Assembly (NCBI GenBank): GCA_965200385.1
Contig: OZ241342.1
Coordinates: 2,979,880-3,043,879 of the forward strand
Source: Caldilineaceae bacterium
Lineage (GTDB): Bacteria; Chloroflexota; Anaerolineae; Caldilineales; Caldilineaceae
Reading direction: 5' to 3'
DNA length: 64,000 bases
A model generated the notes under the pieces. That model had not been told where the DNA came from and made no database searches. It saw only the letters and a program-made list of their open reading frames with translations. Positions 10,181 to 19,819 of this stretch are shown here, piece after piece. Each line of letters starts with the position of its first letter. Position 1 is the stretch's first letter. The position numbers were made by a program, and so were the translations under genes.

Positions 10181-11104
10181 CTAGCGCGGCGGTTCCGGCC
10201 GAAATCCGACTCCCAGCGTGTCCCGGTTTTCCTGTACCCAGACCGACAGCCGGGTCGTGCCCGCAGGGGTTTCGTCGGATCCCAGCAAATCGGATGCCAG
10301 CCCCTCGAGTTCGTCGCGCGACAGAATGGTGTCCCGCAATACCTGACCGGCCATTTGGTACAGGATCAGGCACAAGGGTATGGGCAACGGCACCACGCGT
10401 GGCCTGCGCCCGGTCAGCCACCTGCCTATCTGCTGTACCAGCTCGTCGAACAAAAACTGTTCCGGGCCGCAGGCATCCCGCACCACGTCATCCTGCACGT
10501 CTCCGTACCTGCACATCACGGCCGCCATGTCCTTGACGTGAATGGGTCGAATCCGATAGCCCAGCGGACCGGGCAGAAAAAAGGCCGGAAACCGTCGGGC
10601 GGCAAACGCAATGTTGTTGATCAGAACGTCATGGGCACCAAAGAAACAGGAAGGACGCAAAATAGCGTATGACAGACCGCTGCGCTGGATGTAGGCTTCC
10701 ACCTCGGCCTTGCCCTGAAAGTAGGGCAAGGCACTCGCGGGATGGGGCTGGGTAATGCTGACATGTACCAGCCGTGACACCTGGGCGGCCACGGCGGCGT
10801 CGATCAGGTACCGGGAATTCTCTACGGCTGTGGCATGTGAGGTCCACGGCCCGCGATGCCCGATGGGCGGACGCGTGTGCCGCACCCAATAGGTGTTGTA
10901 CAGCGTATCCACGCCTGCCAGAGCCCGGGTCAGGCCAGTCAGTTCCCAGGTCCAGGGAGAGGCAGTGACCGCACCGCGGAACGGATCGTCAGCTGGAACC
11001 GCACGGGAGGTCAGGGTGCGCACCGTATGACCTCGTGCCAGCAACTCGTGGGTAATGTGGCGACCCAGGTAAGACCAGGCACCCGTAACCATTGCAACTG
11101 CCAT
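10181..11104 (-). CDS. NAD(P)-binding SDR-family protein (NmrA / atypical epimerase-like)
   Basis: N-terminal Rossmann VTGAWSYLGRHITHELLARGHTV. 307 aa. Confidence 0.65.
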   Translation of the reverse strand: MAVAMVTGAWSYLGRHITHELLARGHTVRTLTSRAVPADDPFRGAVTASPWTWELTGLTRALAGVDTLYNTYWVRHTRPPIGHRGPWTSHATAVENSRYLIDAAVAAQVSRLVHVSITQPHPASALPYFQGKAEVEAYIQRSGLSYAILRPSCFFGAHDVLINNIAFAARRFPAFFLPGPLGYRIRPIHVKDMAAVMCRYGDVQDDVVRDACGPEQFLFDELVQQIGRWLTGRRPRVVPLPIPLCLILYQMAGQVLRDTILSRDELEGLASDLLGSDETPAGTTRLSVWVQENRDTLGVGFRPEPPR

Positions 11105-11226
11105 GAAGCCCTCCGGCTGTGTGTCGCTACAGGATAGTAATATAGATCACACCCGTCACCCTGCGGGATCTTGCCTGTATCCAGGGTGCGGCTGTCTGCA
11201 TCCAGCGCCATTCCGGATTTCAGGAT

Positions 11227-11240
11227 GGGGGGGGGGGGGG
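11227..11240. repeat. G14 homopolymer tract in a divergent intergenic region
   Basis: Direct count: 14 consecutive G at 11227-11240, 123 nt upstream of the minus-strand gene start. Confidence 0.95.
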
Positions 11241-11521
11241 TGCATGACCGACCGCCAAGAACAACGTGCGCCCGGTGCGTTTCCGGATCGACATCAGGTT
11301 TTGTCCCTGCCGCCGGCCCTGCAGAACCCACCGCCGGCGTGGGGATCTGAACAGTCTATGTCCACTGCAGGTACGCATGCAGCATGCCGATGGGACTGTC
11401 CCGCACCCGGCATCCCGGAAGCGGTTGGCACAGCAGCATTATCTGCAGGACATGGGACCAGGGGCCTTTACCCTACTCTTATCGCCCCTGGAGTCAGCAA
11501 CAGACCCCAATTGTATGTTGC

Positions 11522-11550
11522 TTGGCAATCACCTGCATCTTTGCTACGAT
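11522..11550 (+). promoter_or_regulatory. Putative sigma-70-type promoter of the sugar ABC operon
   Basis: TTGGCA, 17-nt spacer, TACGAT, about 100 nt upstream of the binding-protein start. Confidence 0.3.
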
Positions 11551-11649
11551 GAGGCACCATTGCGCTGTCACCGTTTGTTCATGGTCTTTCCCCTGCGTGG
11601 GGAAGTCTTGGGGACAGCCATGTTTTGCATGCCCTGCAAGGAGTTTGTC

Positions 11650-13002
11650 ATGTCTCAATTCCTTACCCGTCGCCGGTTTCTGCAAGCCACTGGTACCTTC
11701 GCCGCTACCGCTGCCCTGGCAGCCTGTACCATAGCCGCCCCTGCCGCGGAAGAAGGCGCCATGACGGAAGAACCCATTGAGCTGGTGTTTGTCACGACTT
11801 CTTCCAGCGACTCCAGTGCTGCCCTGTACGATCCCATCAAACAGCAATTCCGCGAGGAAAACCCCAACATCGACATCCGCTTCCTGGGTGTCGTGGGCGC
11901 CGGGGGCTGGGGCGGCTATTTTGACAAGCTGAGCGTTATGATAGCCGGGGGCGAAACGGTGGACATGGGCAAGATACCCACCGAAGGCGGACGGCTGGCC
12001 GTGGCCCGCGGTCTGGTTCGGCCCCTGGACGAATTCATCGAAGCCACGCCCGAACTGGACGCGTATTTCGAGGATGTCTCCCCCGAACTGGCTACGGTGT
12101 TCACGTATGGCGGCAAAACCTACGGCCTGCCCTATGATTACAACAACATGATGATCTGGTTCAATGTCAACCGGCTGGCGGAAGAAGGCCTGGAAATGCC
12201 GCCGGAAGACTGGACGTTCAGCGACTTCCGGGAATATGCCTTGGCGCTGACCAAACGGGACGGCGCGAATACCACACATTATGGCTTCAGTTTCTGGTAC
12301 AGTCCGTTCGGTCTTTGTCCGTGGCTCTTCAACAATGGTCTGGCCGGCATGATGGACGGGGACGATCTGTCCATTCCGCTGCAGACCGAACCGGCGTACG
12401 CCGAAGTCGTGCAGCTGCTTTACGACATGATGTATGAAGACGAAACGGTGCCCAAGCCCGATGCCCAAACAACCGGCAATTTCGAAGCGGGCACCCAGGC
12501 CATGATGATGGCTGGCCGCTGGCCCCTGAGCGGTTTTCTGCAGAATGACTTCCGGGACTGGGACGTCCAGTATTGGCCCCAGGGCACCCGGCGCGTGACA
12601 GAAGTCGGCTGTGGTTCCTGGCCCATCTTCAAGGGCTCCCAGCATCCGGAAGCAGCCTGGAAGTTTGAAGTGAAACTGCTGGAGCGCGACTCTATTGCCT
12701 ACTTCGTTTCCACAGGCGCCAACATTCCCTCCCTGCGCAGCGTCGGCTATTCGGAAGATTTCCTGGCGCTGCACGACCGGAGCGGACGGCTCTGGTACGA
12801 GTCGATTGACCGTGAGGACATTCCGGTCATGTCAGTGACGTCTCCTCCGGAATTCAGTGAAATGGAACAAATCAGTGCACGCTACATGTCCCAGATCTTC
12901 GCCAATGAGATGAACATCAGTGAAGCCCTGGGCCTGATCCAGCAGGAACTGACCGACATGGTGGGACGCCGCCCGGCCGAGTGGGCAGCCCAGTTTGCAT
13001 AA
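11650..13002 (+). CDS. ABC transporter extracellular solute-binding lipoprotein (family 1, carbohydrate type)
   Basis: Tat motif TRRRFLQ plus lipobox LAAC, then typical CUT1 binding-protein sequence. Start moved to ATG 11650. Confidence 0.85.
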   Translation: MSQFLTRRRFLQATGTFAATAALAACTIAAPAAEEGAMTEEPIELVFVTTSSSDSSAALYDPIKQQFREENPNIDIRFLGVVGAGGWGGYFDKLSVMIAGGETVDMGKIPTEGGRLAVARGLVRPLDEFIEATPELDAYFEDVSPELATVFTYGGKTYGLPYDYNNMMIWFNVNRLAEEGLEMPPEDWTFSDFREYALALTKRDGANTTHYGFSFWYSPFGLCPWLFNNGLAGMMDGDDLSIPLQTEPAYAEVVQLLYDMMYEDETVPKPDAQTTGNFEAGTQAMMMAGRWPLSGFLQNDFRDWDVQYWPQGTRRVTEVGCGSWPIFKGSQHPEAAWKFEVKLLERDSIAYFVSTGANIPSLRSVGYSEDFLALHDRSGRLWYESIDREDIPVMSVTSPPEFSEMEQISARYMSQIFANEMNISEALGLIQQELTDMVGRRPAEWAAQFA

Positions 13003-13068
13003 ATCGGCCCGTCCGGTCGAGCTGGCCTTCGGCTCCGGAAGCCAGCTCGACTGCAGGACGCTTGCATT

Positions 13069-14001
13069 ATGACAGCTTCCGGCGTTCCGGCTGCCGCTTC
13101 CTCTTCCCAACGCCCAACCCGGTCCCTGCGCCGTCATGAGACGGTAGCGGGCTATCTGTTTACCCTGCCCACGGTGCTGGGCTTCCTGGTATTTGTCCTG
13201 GGTCCCATCCTGGGGGGACTGGCCCTGGGTTTCATGCGCTACGATCTGCTCAACGAACCCAGCTGGATTGGTTTCGACAACTTCGGCAAAATGCTGGCGG
13301 ACGACCGGGTGCTGCAGATCTTCGGGAACACGGTCTACTATGTCGTGGGCATGATTCTGCTGGATCTGGTGTGGGCCCTGGCTTTGGCCATAGCGCTGAA
13401 CAGTTTTATCCCGGCCCTGTTCAAGGTCATCTTCCGTGCCGTATTCTTTTTCCCGATCCTGGTGTCCGGCGCCGTGATATCCATCGTGTGGCTCTACCTG
13501 TTCAACATGGATCTGGGCATTGTTAACTACTACCTGACCCAGATTGGATTGCCCAAGGTCCCCTGGCTCATTGCGTCGGACTGGGTCAAGAACAGCGTGA
13601 TCATCATGACCGTCTGGAACGGCGTGGGCTTCAATATGCTGCTGTTGCTGGCCGGCCTGCAGAACATCCCCCGGGAACTGTACGAAGCCGCGACTATAGA
13701 CGGGGGCGGACGCTGGGCCAATTTCCGGAAAATCACGCTGCCCATGCTGTCTCCCGTCATCTTCTTCATTCTGGTCAAGGGGGCCATCGGCGTGTTTCAG
13801 CTCTTCGATTCGCCCTTCGTCCTGACCAGGGGCGGTCCCGGCGACGCCAGCCGCACGATCCTGATGTACATCTGGGAAAAAGGGTTTCAGGTGCTGGAAT
13901 TCGGGTACGCCGCCGCTTTGGGCCTGATGCTGTTCGCCGTCATCCTGATCGTGACCCTGATTCAGTTCCTGACCAGCGATGCCTGGGTTTTCTATCGCTG
14001 A
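13069..14001 (+). CDS. Carbohydrate ABC transporter permease (MalF/UgpA type)
   Basis: Six predicted TM segments. EAA loop YEAATIDGGGRWANFRKITLPML. Confidence 0.85.
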   Translation: MTASGVPAAASSSQRPTRSLRRHETVAGYLFTLPTVLGFLVFVLGPILGGLALGFMRYDLLNEPSWIGFDNFGKMLADDRVLQIFGNTVYYVVGMILLDLVWALALAIALNSFIPALFKVIFRAVFFFPILVSGAVISIVWLYLFNMDLGIVNYYLTQIGLPKVPWLIASDWVKNSVIIMTVWNGVGFNMLLLLAGLQNIPRELYEAATIDGGGRWANFRKITLPMLSPVIFFILVKGAIGVFQLFDSPFVLTRGGPGDASRTILMYIWEKGFQVLEFGYAAALGLMLFAVILIVTLIQFLTSDAWVFYR

Positions 14002-14010
14002 CACCGCCTG

Positions 14011-14895
14011 ATGTCTGCCCCCGCTACCCGTCCGTTGCCACGCCTGCGACTGCGCTGGAATCAGGGATATTGGCGTACCTCCACCCTTCTTACCCTGCTG
14101 GCCCTGGGTGTGCTCAGCCTCTTCATGGCTTTCCCCTTTATCTGGATGCTCAGTGCCTCCCTCAAAGTACCGGCCAATGCCTTCAAAATCCCGCCGGAAC
14201 TATGGCCGTACGAGTGGCGCTGGCAGAACTATACCTATGTGCTGACCCATCCCACGGTCCCCATTCCCCGTTTCTTCCTGAACAGCCTGAACATTGCCCT
14301 GCTGGTCACTGGCGGCCAGCTGGTAACCTGCACCATGGCCGCGTATGCCTTTGCCCGCCTGCATTTTCCCGGCCGTGACATTCTCTTCGTCGTCCTCCTG
14401 ACCGCCCTCATGGTGCCCGTACAGGTCACCATCGTACCGCTGTATATCGAAATGCGCTTTTTCAAGCTGATCGATACCCACGCGGCCCTGGTCCTGCCTG
14501 CCCTGACCAGCATCTTTGGCGTATTCCTGCTCCGGCAATACCTGCTGACCATCCCGGACGAACTGGAAGACGCCGCCCGCATGGATGGAGCAGGTCCCGC
14601 GCGCATCCTGATCCAGATCATGCTGCCCCTGATTGGCTCAGCCCTTACCACCCTGGCGATCGTGGTCTTCACCGGCACCTGGAACAGCTTCTTCTTTCCC
14701 TTGATCTTTCTGAACGACTGGGAGAAATTCACCTGGCCGCTGGGTATCACCATGCTCCGGGGACAGTACAGCCAGGGCAGCGTGACCGTGATCATGGCGG
14801 GCATCACCCTGGGCGTCCTGCCGATCCTGCTGGCCTTCCTGATTCTGCAACGGCGCATGATCGAAAGCATCGGCTTTACCGGAGGCATCAAGTAG
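14011..14895 (+). CDS. Carbohydrate ABC transporter permease (MalG/UgpE type)
   Basis: EAA loop LEDAARMDGAGPARILIQIMLPL. Multi-TM. Confidence 0.85.
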   Translation: MSAPATRPLPRLRLRWNQGYWRTSTLLTLLALGVLSLFMAFPFIWMLSASLKVPANAFKIPPELWPYEWRWQNYTYVLTHPTVPIPRFFLNSLNIALLVTGGQLVTCTMAAYAFARLHFPGRDILFVVLLTALMVPVQVTIVPLYIEMRFFKLIDTHAALVLPALTSIFGVFLLRQYLLTIPDELEDAARMDGAGPARILIQIMLPLIGSALTTLAIVVFTGTWNSFFFPLIFLNDWEKFTWPLGITMLRGQYSQGSVTVIMAGITLGVLPILLAFLILQRRMIESIGFTGGIK

Positions 14896-14899
14896 CCCC

Positions 14900-17341
14900 A
14901 TGCCCCAGCTCCAGAACGATCACCTGCGCATCCAGGTACACGACGCGACGGAAGCCGTCTGGTTCAGCGTAGGCCTCCGGGAACCGGACGGCACCTGGAC
15001 CGACATCCTGCTTTCAGGCGCCTGGGGCTCCTCCAGCATCTGGAGCCAAGACCAGGTTCCCCTGTGTGAAGATCCCGAGCTGGAGTGGCAGCCCGCGGTC
15101 GCTCCCCGGTCGGAACGGCAAACAGGAGTGTACCGTATGGTGACGGCCACGGCCGACCGCATCGTGCTGGAGGGCGGTTTCGGTTCCCATCAGGTGGCTA
15201 CTTGCCTGGCCCTGACCCCGGACCAGACCGTTCACGTCACTACCACGGTGCAGATCACGGAACCCACCCGTTTGGGCAAGTGTCTGAATCACCTGTACTT
15301 CGCTCCAGGCGGCAAGCTGGCCTACAGCTGTCTGCCCCTGGATTTCGCCTGGCTGCCAGCCCTGCATCAGCGACCCGAACACGTATGTGCGGATCACTTC
15401 TTCCGGGCGCCGGTGGCCATTGTCATGGCCCGTGGCTACTATGCCGCCCTGCTTCCGGATCTTGACCGTTTCGCCTCCGGTCAGGGCATGCAGTGCGCCT
15501 TGGACCTGCGGGTGACGGGCACGCTGCTGGAGGGACCACGGCTCTCCTACGGGTTCTGCCACAGTGAACCGGATGGCCATGTATATTTCGCCTATCGCCC
15601 CGCAACAGCACCGCGTTTCCACAGGGCCGAACTGACCTATGCCTTTGCGATCCTGGCAGGGCACAGTGATTCCGCGGCGCACGTCACCCAGCGCGTCACG
15701 ACACACCAGTGGCGAACGTACGGGCATCCCCTCATGCAGGATCCCAGGCCCCAGGTATTGCCTTTTGCCACCTATGGCCAACGCTACACGTTTCAGCATG
15801 AACTTCCTGCCAGCCTACGTACGGTCCAGCAGGCTGGCACGACGTGTATTGGCATCGAGAACCGCAGCCGACGCGGTGCGCAGTTCCATGCTTGGGAAAA
15901 TGACATGCACGTGGGCTACGGTCTGCACTACTACGGCCTGCGGCTGCCGAACCCTGAACTCCAAAACATCGCGGCGGGCATGCTGAACCTCATGCGCCAC
16001 GCGCCGCGGCGCCGGGGTGCGTTCCCCTGCATCTTCAACTTCGACACGGAACAATACGAAGGGTCCCTGTTTTGGACTGCCCGCAGTGCCGATGCCCGCC
16101 ACGGCTATGACACGGCGGCCATGGGCGTAACCATCTGGTGGCTGCTGCAATGGATCGAGGATTTTGCCGATCTCGATCGGGCCCCCTTGCTGGCCCTGGC
16201 CACGGCGTACTGCGACTTGCTCATGGCAGTGCAGCTGCCTTCCGGGGCCATTCCCACCTACTTGCAGCCCGATCTGACACCAGCGGCCCCGCTGCAGGAA
16301 AGTGCGACTACGGCCATCAGCGGTGCGGTCCTGGCCAAATGTGCCCACCTGGTTCGCAATCCGGCCTATACCCGGGCGGCCCTGCAGGCGGGATACTTCA
16401 TCGAGACCCACTGTCTGCCCGGACTCAATTTCAACGACTTTGAAACGTTCTATTCCTGCAGCCCCAAACCCCTGCACGCGATCGACTACTGGTCAGGCAT
16501 CCTGCCCCACAACAACCTGTCCATGGGCTGGGCCTGTGACATGTACCTGGCTCTGTACCAGCGTACGGGGGAGGAACTCTGGCTGGAATCCGGGCGCTAT
16601 CTGTTGAGTGTCCTGTCGCTGTACCAGCAGGTGTGGAATCCCTCACACCTGGCGGGGTACCTGTTTGGCGGCTTTGGCGTCATGAACACCGATGGTGAAT
16701 GGAACGACGGCCGCCAGGCCCGTTTCGTCTCCGTCTATGTCGACTATTACCTGGCCACGGGCCATACCGAATACCTGGAACGGGCCGTGGCCGCCTGCCG
16801 GGCGGCATTCGCCCTCATGGACATGCGCGAGAACCATGCAAACGGGATCAACGACGTGGTCATGCCCCATCTGGGGGCCGGTCTGGGGTATGCCCCGGAA
16901 AACATCCACCATGGTGGTGCGGATTCCGGATATGGCTGGTCCGGCATGAACTGGAGTGCGGCCGGGGGGCTGGCCGCCAGTGCCTACCTGGAACGGCATT
17001 TGGGCTCGGTATTCCTGGACATGGCACGGCGTACCGCCCATGCCCTTGACGGCGTGGCCGTACAGGTTGTGAACTGGCAGGAGGACGTCATCGAATTGCA
17101 GGTGCAGTCAACCCTGGACGCCTTGCCGCTACCCTTTGCCGAAGCACGCGAAATCGTGATCCGGGCCGGGGGCTGGGACTGGATAGACCAGGATCCGGAG
17201 GACTTCACCCTGATACTCAACGGAGAGCCCCCACTGCGGATCGAACCGGACGATCAGGAAACCGCGATCCGGTATCGCCTGCCCGCAACGGCCCGGCACG
17301 ACCATGCTGTCCCCTCTCCGGATAACCGACATACAGATTGA
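14900..17341 (+). CDS. Large hypothetical protein in the sugar-uptake operon (possible carbohydrate-active enzyme, family not recognised)
   Basis: 813-aa ORF starts 5 nt after the permease stop. No signal peptide. No motif I can name. Confidence 0.55.
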   Translation: MPQLQNDHLRIQVHDATEAVWFSVGLREPDGTWTDILLSGAWGSSSIWSQDQVPLCEDPELEWQPAVAPRSERQTGVYRMVTATADRIVLEGGFGSHQVATCLALTPDQTVHVTTTVQITEPTRLGKCLNHLYFAPGGKLAYSCLPLDFAWLPALHQRPEHVCADHFFRAPVAIVMARGYYAALLPDLDRFASGQGMQCALDLRVTGTLLEGPRLSYGFCHSEPDGHVYFAYRPATAPRFHRAELTYAFAILAGHSDSAAHVTQRVTTHQWRTYGHPLMQDPRPQVLPFATYGQRYTFQHELPASLRTVQQAGTTCIGIENRSRRGAQFHAWENDMHVGYGLHYYGLRLPNPELQNIAAGMLNLMRHAPRRRGAFPCIFNFDTEQYEGSLFWTARSADARHGYDTAAMGVTIWWLLQWIEDFADLDRAPLLALATAYCDLLMAVQLPSGAIPTYLQPDLTPAAPLQESATTAISGAVLAKCAHLVRNPAYTRAALQAGYFIETHCLPGLNFNDFETFYSCSPKPLHAIDYWSGILPHNNLSMGWACDMYLALYQRTGEELWLESGRYLLSVLSLYQQVWNPSHLAGYLFGGFGVMNTDGEWNDGRQARFVSVYVDYYLATGHTEYLERAVAACRAAFALMDMRENHANGINDVVMPHLGAGLGYAPENIHHGGADSGYGWSGMNWSAAGGLAASAYLERHLGSVFLDMARRTAHALDGVAVQVVNWQEDVIELQVQSTLDALPLPFAEAREIVIRAGGWDWIDQDPEDFTLILNGEPPLRIEPDDQETAIRYRLPATARHDHAVPSPDNRHTD

Positions 17342-18056
17342 GGAGCGCACCTTCGCGCACTTCACGTTCCGGCTGATCTGGAGCGAAGCCCCGCTGCTCC
17401 TGCTGGGAGCCCTGTTGCTGGGTCTGTCAGCAGTTCCCGGTTGGTATATCTGGGCCAATCTGGGATACGTACCGGTGGTCAGCCTGCTGGCCCTGCTGGG
17501 TCCTGTCCCTGTCTGGACGGCCCTGTGCTATCCCCTGGGACGCGCTGCTACAGGACGCATCGCCCACGTACGTGACACCGGCATCGCCTTCTGGCACGGG
17601 TACGGGCGGATTCTGTGGACCGGTCTGCCGGTACTGGTGGGCCTGAACATATGGCTGGCCTCACTGCCTCTCCTCGCGCAGGACCCGCCCCTGATCGTAA
17701 TTGCAGGCATCACGGTCAACTTCGGTGTAACCCTGTTGCTGGGCCTGGTTACACTGTTCGCCCTGCCGGTGCTGATCATGTTCGACCTGCCTGTCGTCCG
17801 AGCCTGGCTGTACGGTCTGGCGCTGGCCCTGCGCTGGCCGATGGTGTCAATGGGCAACCTGGCCCTGGCCTTCTTGCTGGCTCTGGGTGCCCGCGCCCTC
17901 GGCATGCTGGGCTGGATGCTGCTGCCCATGGTGCTGTTGCCCTTCACCGTCACGTCTGCGCTGCTCCTGATGCGGCGGGGGTACGACCGGGAACAGGCCG
18001 CCAAGGCAACAGGATCCGGACGGGAAAACCAGACCCGTACCCGGCACAGTGTGTAG
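17304..18056 (+). CDS. Polytopic membrane protein (DUF624/YesL-like by context)
   Basis: About 6 hydrophobic helices. Overlaps the end of the upstream gene. YesL-like proteins commonly follow CUT1 sugar operons. Confidence 0.45.
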   Translation: MLSPLRITDIQIEERTFAHFTFRLIWSEAPLLLLGALLLGLSAVPGWYIWANLGYVPVVSLLALLGPVPVWTALCYPLGRAATGRIAHVRDTGIAFWHGYGRILWTGLPVLVGLNIWLASLPLLAQDPPLIVIAGITVNFGVTLLLGLVTLFALPVLIMFDLPVVRAWLYGLALALRWPMVSMGNLALAFLLALGARALGMLGWMLLPMVLLPFTVTSALLLMRRGYDREQAAKATGSGRENQTRTRHSV

Positions 18057-18248
18057 CGGGATACGTCCAGGCAGGGACATACACTCCGGCCCCAAGGATG
18101 ACAAGAGACTCATGCCGCGTGCCGGGATGACACACCACAGCGACTGTAATACGATTTGGGCACTGACAGTCATGGGCTTGTACCCAACAACCAATTCCAA
18201 GATGGAAGATCTGTGGGGATCTATATATATTTGCCGATAGCAACTGTA

Positions 18249-19585
18249 GGGGGTTATATATGTACCCACACCACGCAGTGTAGACAGGAGAGGGCAAGCT
18301 AGAATAGGGTATGAACATAGAAGAGACAATGGTTTGCCGGGGCGTTACCTTACGGGTGCGACCGGGGTCCAAAAACAAGCACGACAAAGATGATGCGGAG
18401 CGGCGGGGCTTGTCGCAAGGTGTGGAACGAAGTATTGGCAATCTGTGAAAAGCGGTGGCAAGACTACAAGGCCGGTAAAGGCGATAAATCATCGGTTTCG
18501 TTCTTCTCTCTATGTAAGTTGTACGTACAAGTCAAGCAGGAATTGCCCTGGTTGGGCGCGTTGCCATCGAACACTGTGCGCTATACCGTAAAGCATCTGG
18601 CAGAAGCCTATAAGCGGTTCTTTGATGGCGCAGGGCGGCCGGTCTGGAAGCGGAAATGCAAGGACACGCCAAGGTTTACTGTGCCCGGTAATAGTAAGAT
18701 TAAGGGCAAGAAGATCTACATCCCCAAGCTTGGGTGGGTGAAGCTGACAGGCAAGAATCCGTACGCCGATTGTAAGCCCAAGCAGGCCACGTTCAAGTAT
18801 GAGGCGGGTAACTGGGTATGTGTCCATCCTGTACGAAGAGCCAGCCCCGCGCCCGGATAGACCTGCCAAGCCTATTAATCCTGTAGGCATCGCTCGGAAC
18901 GTGGGGCAAGTGGCATTAAGTACTGGTGATATGTACGAACTGCCGACGCTATTGGAGCTTGACGCCAAACTGCGCAGGTTGCAAAAGAAGTTAGCTCGTC
19001 AAGAGTTCAAGAGTAACGGGTGGCAATATACCAAACTACGCATACAAAAGGTGTACAGGGAGATACGGAATGTCATAAAGAACTGGTGTCACCAGGCCAG
19101 TCGCACCATTGCTGATATACACGATCTAGTTATCTTTGAAGACCTGAACATTCAGGGTATGACCAAGAGTGCCCGTGGCTCTTTGGAAAACCCCGGCAAG
19201 AATGTGGCTCAGAAAAGAGGATTGAATCGTGCTATCTTGCGCAGCGGGTGGGGGCGACTGGAACGGTATATGGCTTACAAGACTTATACAGAAAAGTATA
19301 GATCCGAAGTACACATCACAGCGTTGTCATAACTGCGGGGTAGTACGTAAAGCTAACCGCAAGTCCCAGTCTGTTTATCACTGCAGTAAATGTGATGTGG
19401 AAAAGAATGCCGACGTGAACGCGGCTTTAAACATACGGGACAAGTGGTTGGATAAGAGTATGGCGTCCGGGGACGGCGCAGCTGCAGGTGGAGATTGCAA
19501 CATTAGTTGGTCTGCGAAGCCTGAAAATGTATATGGAAAAGCATCACAGCCTGCAGGCGTGGTGTGAGTACGTATATAGTCCCCC
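18249..19585 (+). mobile_element. TnpB insertion element, copy A (decayed), with terminal inverted repeats and an 8-bp flanking direct repeat
   Basis: Left end GGGGGTTATATATGTACCCACACC. Right end GGTGTGAGTACGTATATAGTCCCCC. CAACTGTA at 18241-18248 and again at 19585-19592. Collinear nucleotide homology to 40706-42038. Confidence 0.8.
18311..19567 (+). pseudogene. tnpB: tnpB pseudogene (three frameshifts, RuvC-I Asp replaced by Ala)
   Basis: Four ORF pieces in frames 2/0/1/2. Extra bases relative to copy B near 18386-18388, 18814-18816 and 19297. GIARNVG here versus GIDRNVG in copy B. Confidence 0.85.
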
Positions 19586-19819
19586 AACTGTATTGGTCTA
19601 ACACTGAAATAGTGGTTCAAGGCTGGAAAACCCGGTTGCCTTGGGGAGCATGCCACTGCACGCAAGTCGTGCAACGGATTTCGGATAGGGTCGACAATCG
19701 GTGCGGATCGGCCTGTTGACAGCACAAGGCCGACCAGGGTGTGGTATCCAGATCGGCCGTGCCATGTGATGTTGTTGCCCAAGGGCAGGTCCCCTCAGTC
19801 CAAGGGGCAAAGTCCCATA

